Positions 18,154-26,914 of a stretch of 64,000 nt of DNA are shown in pieces. Below the pieces are notes generated by a model. That model had not been told where the DNA came from. It searched no databases and saw only the letters and a program-made list of their open reading frames with translations. Every line of letters starts with the position of its first letter. Within the stretch, counting starts at the first letter, position 1. The DNA is from Chlorobiota bacterium (GTDB lineage Bacteria > Bacteroidota > Ignavibacteria > Kapaibacteriales > HRBIN21): the NCBI GenBank assembly GCA_039630485.1, contig JBCNUX010000001.1, forward strand, positions 17,783 to 81,782. Reading direction: 5' to 3'. The position numbers and the translations under genes were made by a program.

Positions 18154-19554
18154 CTATCGGCTGCGCGGACGTCCGCGCCAGTAGGTCGCCCGTCCGGCGG
18201 CATCGAGTACGGAGAACTCTACGCCGGTGGCCGGACTCGCGCTCTCTATGACGAAGCTCTGTTCTGTCACGACCCCGTAGGGCTCGACTGTGTAGCGGCG
18301 TCGATTTCCGTAGAGCTCGCGGACAGCCCCATCACGGCAGCGGAGCTCGCAACGGTTGGGCTCGTTTCGGACTGTGCCGAAGCACCGCGTCCGGGCTACA
18401 AGTGTTGAGCCTTCGGCAAGGACTTCCACTACTTCCGGCGCAGGAAAGTCGCGGATGGGTAGGCGGAACTCGTCTACCAGGCGGTCGTTGACGAAACGGC
18501 GGAGGAGGAGTGTTGTTCCGGTATCGGCCAATTGGGGAGAGATAGAGAGGGGCGTGCCGGTGGAGGATGCCCACAGGCGGTTTCCGTCCCACAGTTCGGC
18601 GCGGGTGCGTTGTCCACGTAGGCGGAGCGCGGGGTTGATGGTGTAGGTACGCTCGGGGTAGAGTTCCGAGGGTACCTCTGGATTAGGTAGGGCACGAGCT
18701 GTGACGCTGAGGCTGACGCTGCTTCGCTGTCCGTCGCGGCGGAGCAGTGTAAGGCGGATGTCCATCGTTCCCTCACGGGGGGCTACGCCGCCAAGGCGCA
18801 CAGCGTTGTCTGTGTAGCGGATCACGGTTGCAGTGCCTCCGGCAGAGCTCGTGACTTGAATCTCTGGGGGAGCAGCCAGATCGGCAGGGAGGCTCGCCCC
18901 ATAGACGAGGATGTCTAGCTCCCACGAGCTGTATGGGGCAGTCTCTAGGACGGTGTCTGGTGCCACCAGCAGTAGGGGTGGTGGAGGGGCAGGCTGCGAC
19001 GCTATAGCTGGTGGCGCGGGCTCTGGCTGGGTGCCCGCTTGAGGATGGGCTAAGACGCTAATGCGGAGCGCTGCAGAGAGGCGCTCCGTAAAGTGTCCTG
19101 CCGGGCCGGAGTGGCGGAGTAGGAGCCACAGCGTGTAGACATGCTCCCCCAATGGAAGCACCGGCCTCCACCAAGGGAAACGCCAGAGTATTCGGAAGCG
19201 GCGTTCCTGTGGAGAATGCTCGGCGAGGATTGGGGCTACGTCGCTGGCTTCGGAGCGCCAAATCGTATGCCCTGCGGAGTCCAACTGCAGAGAGAGCCGT
19301 GCGGATCCCAGCGGACGAGAGTATCGTAGCTCTGCAACGGAGTCGTAGTGTCGGAGAAATCTGCGGCCACTGCTGTCAACGATGATGCAGCGGAGTTCAG
19401 TGGGCTGCAGAGAGAACTCCACGGCTGCGGGCTCGTCAAGCACCGGTGTGCGAGGTCGGTCCGTCGCCCTTGGTGCGGGGTCAAGGAGCAGGAAGAGGGC
19501 AATCAGGTAGAGCACGAAGTACAGTTCCACGCGCCGCAGAGAAGGATGCATCAT
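18154..19554 (-). CDS. hypothetical membrane-anchored protein (466 aa; N-terminal RR + single TM, Pro-rich linker, large extracytoplasmic domain)
   Basis: MMHPSLRRVELYFVLYLIALFLLL is a single N-terminal TM preceded by Arg-Arg. No catalytic motif recognised. The stop-start overlaps the upstream gene by 4 nt. Confidence 0.5.
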   Translation of the reverse strand: MMHPSLRRVELYFVLYLIALFLLLDPAPRATDRPRTPVLDEPAAVEFSLQPTELRCIIVDSSGRRFLRHYDSVAELRYSRPLGSARLSLQLDSAGHTIWRSEASDVAPILAEHSPQERRFRILWRFPWWRPVLPLGEHVYTLWLLLRHSGPAGHFTERLSAALRISVLAHPQAGTQPEPAPPAIASQPAPPPPLLLVAPDTVLETAPYSSWELDILVYGASLPADLAAPPEIQVTSSAGGTATVIRYTDNAVRLGGVAPREGTMDIRLTLLRRDGQRSSVSLSVTARALPNPEVPSELYPERTYTINPALRLRGQRTRAELWDGNRLWASSTGTPLSISPQLADTGTTLLLRRFVNDRLVDEFRLPIRDFPAPEVVEVLAEGSTLVARTRCFGTVRNEPNRCELRCRDGAVRELYGNRRRYTVEPYGVVTEQSFVIESASPATGVEFSVLDAAGRATYWRGRPRSR

Positions 19555-20228
19555 TCGGCGGTGTCCCGTCCGCCTCTACTCAACTTCTCCCGAACAGCGT
19601 CGCTGAGGAGTTGCTCTAACTCTTGGCGGACCAGGCTCCGAAGCTCCTGGGTGCGCCACTGCTGGAGCTCCTCTGTTGTCCGCCGGAGTAACTGGACAAG
19701 CTCGCCAACGGATCGGGTCAATTGGGCTATGCCTTGCTCCAACGTAGCCGTCTGCCCCCGCGAGTGGCTCAGAATTTCGGCGATGTCAGCAACACGTGAG
19801 GCCATCTCTTCGATGTGTCCTGTCAGAGCTTGCAGTTCCTTCGGGCTTTGGGGAGCTTCCGCAGGTGCAGCGAGCGACGCCAGCGCAAGTAGGAGGAGAA
19901 GCACTGCCTCGACGGCGAATCCCACTATGAGGAGTTCGGTGCTGACGGCATCTGCAAAGCGCCGGAGACCAACCAGGAACAGTAGCAATGCAGCTCCAGC
20001 ATAGACGGCACTGGAGATCCAGTGTGAGTAGAACGGAACCACAACGGCACGCCACCAGGTCGCGATCCCCTTGCCCCAGCCGTTTCGGGGGAGTCCTTCT
20101 TGAGGGTCACCGTAGATGCTGAGGCGGAGCGTGGAGGTTAGGGCGGAGAGCCTTCCTCGAGTGCTGAGGAGTTCCCGTGCTCGCTCCGAGAGTTGGGAAG
20201 TGGAGTCCCTTACGTCCGCGTGCGCCAT
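19551..20228 (-). CDS. hypothetical membrane protein (two TM helices followed by cytoplasmic coiled-coil)
   Basis: TM1 is SAVYAGAALLLFLVGL. TM2 is STELLIVGFAVEAVLLLLLALASL and contains two Glu. The C-terminal heptad-rich approximately 100 aa suggest a coiled coil. In-frame ATG chosen at 20228; the track's 20273 start is a further upstream alternative. Confidence 0.5.
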   Translation of the reverse strand: MAHADVRDSTSQLSERARELLSTRGRLSALTSTLRLSIYGDPQEGLPRNGWGKGIATWWRAVVVPFYSHWISSAVYAGAALLLFLVGLRRFADAVSTELLIVGFAVEAVLLLLLALASLAAPAEAPQSPKELQALTGHIEEMASRVADIAEILSHSRGQTATLEQGIAQLTRSVGELVQLLRRTTEELQQWRTQELRSLVRQELEQLLSDAVREKLSRGGRDTAE

Positions 20229-21292
20229 AGGATGACGAGGCCAATGAGCAGAAACAACCCATTTGCAAGCCACCCCGCCACTAGCGGCGGGAGTCCAGCA
20301 ACAGCACCTGCTGTCTGACTCATGCGGGCGACAACTAAGTAGACAAACGCCAACACGGCCGCTGTCCCGAATTGAGCCGCCAGTCCTGCGCGACGGTAGA
20401 CCGAAGCGAGCGGCACCGCGAGGAGTGCGACGATTGCATGGGCGAATGGCAAGGCGTACTCACTGACGTACCTCACCTGGAGTGCTCGCACGTCTTGGCC
20501 GCTGGCGGAGAGGGTAGCAATGTACTGGGAGAGTTCTGGCAGCGTCATCTCTGCAGGGGTGCGCTGGAGCTGCAGGATGGTCTCATGTCGGAGACGCAGA
20601 GCCAGTGTCTGCTCAGAGAAAGCCCGCACGGTCGATCCTCCTCCAGCGTAGTGCCGCTCATGGACGTCCCACAGTCGCCATCGCTGTAGGGAGCTGTCCC
20701 ACACCATCTCGGCCGCCTCTATACGGCGCAGCAGCCGGGGTGAGGATTCTGAGGAGTACTCCTCTGCGGCCACCCCATAAGCTCGTTGGCGCTCGGGTTC
20801 GTAGCGCTGGATGAGAATGGTCAGCGTGGGACTCTCACGGAAAGCTAAGTGGAAAAGCGTGGAGCTGCCGGGTGAGCGATGGAGGTATCGCCGTTCAATG
20901 CTGAGCTTCCGCTCAGCGGCCTTCGGTACTATCCAGCCGTTGAAGCCGAGCTGCAGTAAGCTCAGCAAGAGCGCAGCACCGACAACGGGGCCGGTGATCT
21001 GGTGGAGTCCTACCCCGGCTGCCTTCATTGCTGTCACTTCGTGGCGCTGCGTCAAGCGGCCGACCCCAAAGAGGCATGCCAGGAGGGTGGCCACTGGGGC
21101 GACGTACTTCAACATCTCCGGCAGGAAGAGGAGGTAGTACTCCACGATGACCGCTGGTGGCGTGTTGGTGTCCAGGAAATCGTCCAGGTTCTCGATGAGG
21201 TTGACCACGATGAAGATGACGCAGAGCGCTGCAATCCCGAAGCCAAAGATTGCAGCAATTTGGCGTATGATGTAGAGTGTCAGCCGCCACAT
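20210..21292 (-). CDS. LptF/LptG-family permease (YjgP/YjgQ)
   Basis: Six-TM permease pattern with a central periplasmic beta-jellyroll-like insert. Start trimmed to MWRLTLYIIRQI, removing an Arg-rich 64-aa extension from the track. Confidence 0.75.
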   Translation of the reverse strand: MWRLTLYIIRQIAAIFGFGIAALCVIFIVVNLIENLDDFLDTNTPPAVIVEYYLLFLPEMLKYVAPVATLLACLFGVGRLTQRHEVTAMKAAGVGLHQITGPVVGAALLLSLLQLGFNGWIVPKAAERKLSIERRYLHRSPGSSTLFHLAFRESPTLTILIQRYEPERQRAYGVAAEEYSSESSPRLLRRIEAAEMVWDSSLQRWRLWDVHERHYAGGGSTVRAFSEQTLALRLRHETILQLQRTPAEMTLPELSQYIATLSASGQDVRALQVRYVSEYALPFAHAIVALLAVPLASVYRRAGLAAQFGTAAVLAFVYLVVARMSQTAGAVAGLPPLVAGWLANGLFLLIGLVILWRTRT

Positions 21293-21356
21293 AGGTACTG
21301 CGCCGCTCGCAAATTTAGGCGGCCCCTCGTCATTACCTCTGGAGCGCCGAGGACGC

Positions 21357-22781
21357 ATGGAGTGGCAGCGAATCGAGAAAGCCTTCGCGCGGTACGTGCC
21401 GCTGTTGGATGACCCAGCAAGCTTCTGGACCTGCCTGCAGGTCCCGCTGACACCGTGCATCTGGGTCAATCCCCTCAAGACCACGCCAGAAGCGCTGCAG
21501 GCCTACTGTGCCGAGGAAGGATTGGAACTGGAGGCAGTGCCGTGGTATCCAGGGGCCTTCCGGCTGCGGAATTCTGACCGTCCGGGCGCTACACTGCCCT
21601 TTATCGCGGGCTGGTACTACGTCCAGGAGGAGATCGCTATGGCAGCTGTGGTGGCGCTGGAGCCGCAGCCGGGGGAACACGTAGTGGACCTATGCGCTGC
21701 TCCAGGGGGGAAGACCGCCCAGCTTGCTCTCCGTGTCTATCCCACAGGGAGCGTACTGGCCAATGAGCTCCAGCGGGAGCGCTTGTCGAGCTTGCGGACG
21801 ACAGTTGACCGCCTAGGGCTGGTCAATGTTCTGGTGACTTGGCACGACGGGCGCTTCCTGCCTCTTCCTGAGGACGTCTGGGACCGTGTACTGGTGGACG
21901 CTCCCTGTACCGGCGAGGGCACGGTACGAAAGGCGGGCCAGAGCTGGCGGCCTGTGACGGACCGCTTCCGGCAATACTGTGCAGCCGTCCAGCGGGCTCT
22001 GCTCCGCCATGCCCTGCGGCTAGTCAAGCCGGGTGGAGTGGTCGTCTACAGCACATGCACCTTTGCCCCGGAGGAGAATGAGTTGGTGCTGGACGCAGTG
22101 CTTGGAGACTACGGAGTCATTGAGCCATACTCCATCCCCGGGCTCCAGGCGATGCCCGGGATCACGCAGTGGGAAGGGAAGCGGCTGCGGAGCGATCTCG
22201 TCCATGCGTGTCGCTACTGGCCGCACTTGAACGACACAGGGGGCTTCTTCGTGGCCCGGATTCGGCGCACCGATGTGCCTCTGCCACCTCTGCAAGCGAA
22301 GACGCTACCTCGGCAGTCTGCCTCGATGGCTCCGGCTACTCGGCTAGAGGGGATAGAGTGGATGAAGGCGCACTTCGGGATAGATCCAGAGCTGTTCGAC
22401 CGTTACCGCTACTGGATGCGTGGGCAGGAGGTCGTATGGATGAGCACGCCTGAGACCACTCCGCCGTCGTTGCTCCCGCCGGAGAGCATCGGAATCCCGC
22501 TGCTGAGCTACAAGCGACGCCATGTGAAGCCGAAGACAGCAGCTCTCCAACTATTCGGTGCGGCAATCCAGCGCCACGTTATTGAGCTGCAGAGCCGCGA
22601 AGTGGCGCTTCGGTTCGTCAGTGGGCAGTCCCAGAATGTAGCTGCAGGGTTCTCGGATTCTGGCTTCGTCCACGTGCGCTACCGCGAGTTTGAGCTTGGC
22701 TGTGGGCTCTATGCCCGTGGGCAGCTCCATTCCCAGATCCCTCGGAGTCTGCAGACAGTCGTTGCGGTGGAAGATGGATGA
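21357..22781 (+). CDS. rsmF: rRNA cytosine-C5 methyltransferase (NOL1/NOP2/Sun family, RsmF-like)
   Basis: DLCAAPGGKT SAM-binding motif, VDAPCTGEGTVRK and YSTCT catalytic Cys motifs, 474 aa. Confidence 0.8.
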   Translation: MEWQRIEKAFARYVPLLDDPASFWTCLQVPLTPCIWVNPLKTTPEALQAYCAEEGLELEAVPWYPGAFRLRNSDRPGATLPFIAGWYYVQEEIAMAAVVALEPQPGEHVVDLCAAPGGKTAQLALRVYPTGSVLANELQRERLSSLRTTVDRLGLVNVLVTWHDGRFLPLPEDVWDRVLVDAPCTGEGTVRKAGQSWRPVTDRFRQYCAAVQRALLRHALRLVKPGGVVVYSTCTFAPEENELVLDAVLGDYGVIEPYSIPGLQAMPGITQWEGKRLRSDLVHACRYWPHLNDTGGFFVARIRRTDVPLPPLQAKTLPRQSASMAPATRLEGIEWMKAHFGIDPELFDRYRYWMRGQEVVWMSTPETTPPSLLPPESIGIPLLSYKRRHVKPKTAALQLFGAAIQRHVIELQSREVALRFVSGQSQNVAAGFSDSGFVHVRYREFELGCGLYARGQLHSQIPRSLQTVVAVEDG

Positions 22782-22977
22782 GTTGGAACGCCAAGCGTGG
22801 GGACTCTCGCTGTTGGGAGTGGTATTGGGGCTTCTGCTGGCGGCGGTGATCTACTGGCTGACGGGCGTTGTGCTGCTGGTGCTGGTCTTTGCCCCGCCGT
22901 TGGTGATGTACTTACTGCGGCGCTGGCGTCGCCGCAGGGACATAAGTGGGAATGGGTATCCGTTCCAGCCCTGGTGA
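22774..22977 (+). CDS. small membrane protein (67 aa), hypothetical
   Basis: MDELERQAWG followed by two hydrophobic helices and an RRWRRRR stop-transfer. Fills the rsmF-dtd gap, but there is no independent support. Confidence 0.3.
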   Translation: MDELERQAWGLSLLGVVLGLLLAAVIYWLTGVVLLVLVFAPPLVMYLLRRWRRRRDISGNGYPFQPW

Positions 22978-22980
22978 GCG

Positions 22981-23430
22981 ATGAGGACATTGGTGCAGCG
23001 TGTGCGTTACGCTCGCGTTCGGGTCAATGGAGAGGTAGTCGCAGAGATTGGTCCGGGACTCCTTGCATTCGTCGGCTTCGCCCCAACGGATACCCCGGAG
23101 GTGCTGCGTTGGATGGCGCATAAGCTCTTCCACTTGCGAGTCTTCCCGGACGCTGAAGGGCGGATGAACCTCTCTGTGCGCGAGGTTGGGGGAGGGGTGT
23201 TGGTGGTGTCACAGTTTACGCTCTACGGTGACGTCCGGCGTGGCTTTCGCCCAAGCTTCACCGATGCTGCTCCACCAGAACAGGCTCGACAGCTCTACGA
23301 CCAGTTTCTCCTCTTCTGCCGTGACTACGATGTTCCTGTAGCTTCGGGCATCTTCGGGGCGATGATGGAGGTGGAGCTCCTCAACGATGGACCGGTCACG
23401 ATCTGGATTGAACGCGAGGCAGCCGAGTAG
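22981..23430 (+). CDS. dtd: D-aminoacyl-tRNA deacylase
   Basis: MRTLVQRV..., SQFTL and GPVTIW motifs, 149 aa. Confidence 0.9.
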   Translation: MRTLVQRVRYARVRVNGEVVAEIGPGLLAFVGFAPTDTPEVLRWMAHKLFHLRVFPDAEGRMNLSVREVGGGVLVVSQFTLYGDVRRGFRPSFTDAAPPEQARQLYDQFLLFCRDYDVPVASGIFGAMMEVELLNDGPVTIWIEREAAE

Positions 23431-24516
23431 ATGCTCCGCATCGTCCTGCTGCGGCTTAGCTCGCTCGGTGATGTCCTGCTGATGACCCCTCTGATTCGGC
23501 AGCTGCGGCGGCATTTCCCGACAGCCGAGCTCGTTGCCGTGGTCCGATCGTCCTACCGCGAGCTGCTGGCGTACAACCCATATTTGACGGCTGTGGTGTC
23601 CTACGAGGCCTCCGGTGGTTTCTGGAGTGCCCAGAGGGAGCGCCGTCTGCTGCGGGCTGGACTGCTCAATCCCAGGGAGCAGTTGTGGATTGTGGATCTC
23701 CACCGCAACTGGCGGACGGCGTTTCTACGCTGGGGACCGCGGGCTCGTCTCTTTCAGGCTCCGAAGGAGCGCTGGGGGAAGCTCTTGCTGGTATGGGCCA
23801 AGCGATGGGGATGGTGGCGGCTGCCTTCGGTGGTGGAGCGGTATCGGCAGGCCATTGCGGAGCTCGGTATCGAAGATGACGGACAGGGGCTAGAGTGTTG
23901 GCTGCCGGAGGAGCGGACGGCAGAGGTCTATCCGCCTTCGCTGCGGTCCTGCCCACGGCGGTGGGAGCGGATTGCGCTTGTGCCTGGTGCCCGGCATCAG
24001 ACGAAGCGGTGGCCCCTGGAACGGTTCCAAGCGCTCGGACGGCTGCTGCGACAGCGGGGATATCAGCTCGTCGTGGTTGCGGATCCCGCCGACGTCCGCA
24101 CTCATTCCCTGCCTACCGAAATCGGCTCGGATGTGGAGCTCGTTGTGACCAACTCCCTTCTGGAGCTTGCGCGTCGGCTGGATGGGGTGGACCTCGTTGT
24201 GGGGAACGACAGTGGTATCATCCATTTGGCCGCGGCACGGCGGATTCCGAGCGTTGTCATCTTTGGCTCGACGGTACCGGAGCTAGGGTTTGAGCCGGTC
24301 GGAGTGCCGCACATTGTAGTGCAGTACCCGCTGCCCTGCCGTCCCTGCACTCACATTGGCCGGGAGCGGTGCCCGTTGGGACATTTCCGCTGTATGACGG
24401 CGTTGGAACCCCACCATGTGCTCCACGCCATAGAGGTGCTGCAGCAGTGGTGCTCAGCAGGCACTCAAGCCCCATGGGGGCCTACCTTGGGGAGTGGAGC
24501 GCGGTCGCGCACGTAG
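23431..24516 (+). CDS. glycosyltransferase family 9 (LPS heptosyltransferase-like)
   Basis: N-terminal LLRLSSLGDVLLMTPLIRQL and C-terminal GNDSGIIHLAAA, characteristic of GT9. Confidence 0.8.
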   Translation: MLRIVLLRLSSLGDVLLMTPLIRQLRRHFPTAELVAVVRSSYRELLAYNPYLTAVVSYEASGGFWSAQRERRLLRAGLLNPREQLWIVDLHRNWRTAFLRWGPRARLFQAPKERWGKLLLVWAKRWGWWRLPSVVERYRQAIAELGIEDDGQGLECWLPEERTAEVYPPSLRSCPRRWERIALVPGARHQTKRWPLERFQALGRLLRQRGYQLVVVADPADVRTHSLPTEIGSDVELVVTNSLLELARRLDGVDLVVGNDSGIIHLAAARRIPSVVIFGSTVPELGFEPVGVPHIVVQYPLPCRPCTHIGRERCPLGHFRCMTALEPHHVLHAIEVLQQWCSAGTQAPWGPTLGSGARSRT

Positions 24517-25355
24517 TGGTCCAGCCACCACCGGATATCAGCAAGGCTTTCGGCCCACCGGCCAGCTAGGACGTGGTCAGCGTTGTCGTAGAGGATGAGC
24601 TTATACGGATGGAGCGAGCGCTGGAGGGCTAAGCCGAGGTAGAGTGCATGCTCAGGGGAGACGCGGCGATCCCCGGTGCCGTGGAGTACTAGGAGTGGTG
24701 TCGTCTTGCAGAGTTCGTGGGCCCAAAGCACCGCTGAGCGCTCCACAGCTGCTTCCGAGGGGGAGACATGGGGCGGGAGGAAGCGGAGCATCGTCCGATA
24801 GAGCGGATCGGTTTGGGGCAGGGCGTGAAGCATTGTGGGGGCACCAATCGTTACGGCAGCGCGGAAGCGACTCGTGCGACGCAGCATCTGTAGGGCCATC
24901 ATCCCACCTCGGCTGCCGCCGATGAGTCCAATCCGATCAGGATCAGCCCACGGGAGGCGCTCCAGGAGAGGGAGGAGGGCTAACGCATCGTCAACATCTG
25001 CTCCGCCCCATTCCTCCGTCCCCTCGCTGCCCCCAACGCCACGGTACTGGCTAGCAAGCACCACGTATCCCCAGCTTGCGAAGAGCCCGATGGTTGCTGC
25101 AGCAGTTCGTGCCGTCAAGGCCCCACGCTCGCCTGCCCCACCGCGGTTGAAGATGAGGGCCGGGGCTGGCAAGTGCTCTTCGGGAGGTAGCGCCATAAAC
25201 CCTCGAATTCGCAGGCCATCGCTGAGGTACGTGATGCTGTAGAGCCGAACTCGGCAGAAGCGCTCGAAGGCTTCCGGAGAAAGGCGCCGCCGGTAGAGCG
25301 AGCGGATGTTCGATGGGATCTCTACCGGCTGTTGGTCAACGAGTTGTCCGGTCAT
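24465..25355 (-). CDS. alpha/beta hydrolase (S9/dienelactone-hydrolase-like)
   Basis: GGSRGG nucleophile elbow, a downstream Asp, and an HxL-type LHGTGD motif. Confidence 0.75.
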   Translation of the reverse strand: MTGQLVDQQPVEIPSNIRSLYRRRLSPEAFERFCRVRLYSITYLSDGLRIRGFMALPPEEHLPAPALIFNRGGAGERGALTARTAAATIGLFASWGYVVLASQYRGVGGSEGTEEWGGADVDDALALLPLLERLPWADPDRIGLIGGSRGGMMALQMLRRTSRFRAAVTIGAPTMLHALPQTDPLYRTMLRFLPPHVSPSEAAVERSAVLWAHELCKTTPLLVLHGTGDRRVSPEHALYLGLALQRSLHPYKLILYDNADHVLAGRWAESLADIRWWLDHYVRDRAPLPKVGPHGA

Positions 25356-25361
25356 TCGGAC

Positions 25362-26633
25362 TCACTGGCGGTAGCGCTGCCGATACTTCTCCGACAGGCG
25401 CGTGTGGCGGCTACTGAGATCAACAGCACGCCCTTGGATGAAAGCATACTCCACGCGGTTGGTGCGTACATCGAAGGGATCGCCAGAGCAGACGAAGAGT
25501 GTCGCGTCTTTGCCAACCTCCAGGGAGCCGACACGGTCGGCCACTCCCAGGATTTCTGCGGCGGAGAGTGTCACAGAGCGGAGGGCTGCTTCAGGGGAGA
25601 GGCCAAACGCTATAGCTGTGCCGAGGTTGAAGGGGAGATTCCGCTGAGGCCAAGTGTGCTCTTCGGTGATTGCGAACGGAATCCCCGCCTGTTCCAGTAT
25701 TGCCGGAAGCCGATAGGCGATGTCGTACGGGTCCTCTTCGCGCCGAGGGAGCCGATGGACGTGCACGATGACGGCTGCTCGTGCTTCCCGTAGCTCCTCC
25801 AGACAGCGCCATGCGTCAGCACCTCCAACGATCACACACCGAAGCCCAAAGCGCCGGACGAAGCGGAGGGCTTCCAGAATCTGGGCATATTCGTCCGCCA
25901 GGACAAAGACCGGTAGCGAATCTCGGAAGACAGCCCGCATCGCCTCAAATCGCAAGTCTACCAGGCGAACTACCCCGGCTGAGGCCGCCCGGTGGTAAGC
26001 AAGGGCTTGTTCGAAGAAGTCGTAGAGCTTCTGCAGCCGTCCTCGCTGTTCCCGGCGGCGTTCCTCCACAGAGCGCTGGTCCCACCAACCACCACGGAGG
26101 CTCAGCGAGGGGAAAGAGACCACAATCCCGGCAACCCGTCGGAGAGTAGCGTCTTCATAGTTCCAGCCGTCCATATGCATCACCGAACTTCGTCCGGCAA
26201 CGAGCCCTCCCAAGGGGGCAACATGGGCGATTAGGACGCCTGTAGAACGGACGGTAGGGATGATTTCGCTGTCGGCGTTGTAAGCAGTGGCCGCTACGAC
26301 GTTTGGGTTGAAGTCCCCAACCTCGGCCACATCTCGTGTAGCACGGACGGCATCGATCTCAACAAGTCCTAGCTGCGAGAACGCGGTAATGAAGCCAGGA
26401 TACACCCGCTTGCCAGTGCAGTCGATGCGGAGGGCTGTCGGGGGAACGGCCACGTCCTTTCCAACAGCAACGATGCGGCCCTTGTCGAAGACCAGCGTAC
26501 CACCCTCTATGATGCCTTGCGAGACGGTGTAGAGGGTTGCATTCACGAGGGCTATTGGCCTCTGCTGAGGTGCTCCAGGGACCTGGGCCAGGAGTATGCT
26601 GCTACAACAGAGCAGCAACAGAGAGACCGCCAT
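25362..26633 (-). CDS. amidohydrolase-family protein, secreted
   Basis: Signal peptide MAVSLLLLCCSSILLAQ. Metal-dependent amidohydrolase architecture, including C-terminal GSLEVGKDATLFV. The 124-aa N-terminal extension in the ORF track was rejected. Confidence 0.75.
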   Translation of the reverse strand: MAVSLLLLCCSSILLAQVPGAPQQRPIALVNATLYTVSQGIIEGGTLVFDKGRIVAVGKDVAVPPTALRIDCTGKRVYPGFITAFSQLGLVEIDAVRATRDVAEVGDFNPNVVAATAYNADSEIIPTVRSTGVLIAHVAPLGGLVAGRSSVMHMDGWNYEDATLRRVAGIVVSFPSLSLRGGWWDQRSVEERRREQRGRLQKLYDFFEQALAYHRAASAGVVRLVDLRFEAMRAVFRDSLPVFVLADEYAQILEALRFVRRFGLRCVIVGGADAWRCLEELREARAAVIVHVHRLPRREEDPYDIAYRLPAILEQAGIPFAITEEHTWPQRNLPFNLGTAIAFGLSPEAALRSVTLSAAEILGVADRVGSLEVGKDATLFVCSGDPFDVRTNRVEYAFIQGRAVDLSSRHTRLSEKYRQRYRQ

Positions 26634-26878
26634 CGGGTGCCGTTCCTTGTGGACAGACCTCGGCGACTGTTGACGCAGGGCGGTAATGCTTGAGTGCCTC
26701 TGGGGCTCTAAAAAGTGAGATGCCCCTCGACAGTTGGCTGCCGAGGGGCACTCCCCTTCCCACCTTTCACCACCACAAAGGAGGCCATTAGGAGGCGCTG
26801 CAAAATTACGCACTCGCAGGGATAGATGCAAGAGGTTGGCACCGTATTGTCGGCGAGCCATAGAGTTGGCCGCAGGCG

Positions 26879-26886
26879 TAGTTTTG
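26879..26886 (+). promoter_or_regulatory. candidate -7 promoter element TAGTTTTG upstream of ffh
   Basis: Matches the TAnnTTTG consensus, 28 nt before the ffh ATG. Confidence 0.3.
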
Positions 26887-26914
26887 CAAGTTACTGGGAC
26901 GATGAAAGAGCCGG

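Noticed and set aside
18154-20228. Direct annotation of the two membrane proteins as GldL and GldM
   Set aside because: The topology differs: the TM pair is not at the N-terminus. No gldK or gldN flanks the pair, and I cannot align them reliably by eye. Reported as a hypothesis only.
26846-26860. TGGCAC-N5-TGTC resembling a sigma-54 -24/-12 promoter upstream of ffh
   Set aside because: The -12 element lacks the conserved GC. Only the -24 half matches, there is no enhancer-binding-protein context, and ffh is a housekeeping gene.
26634-26914. Possible SRP RNA or other structured ncRNA next to ffh
   Set aside because: No SRP RNA domain-IV consensus (GGAAGCAGC-type symmetric loop) is visible. 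Only the single hairpin reported in findings was found.
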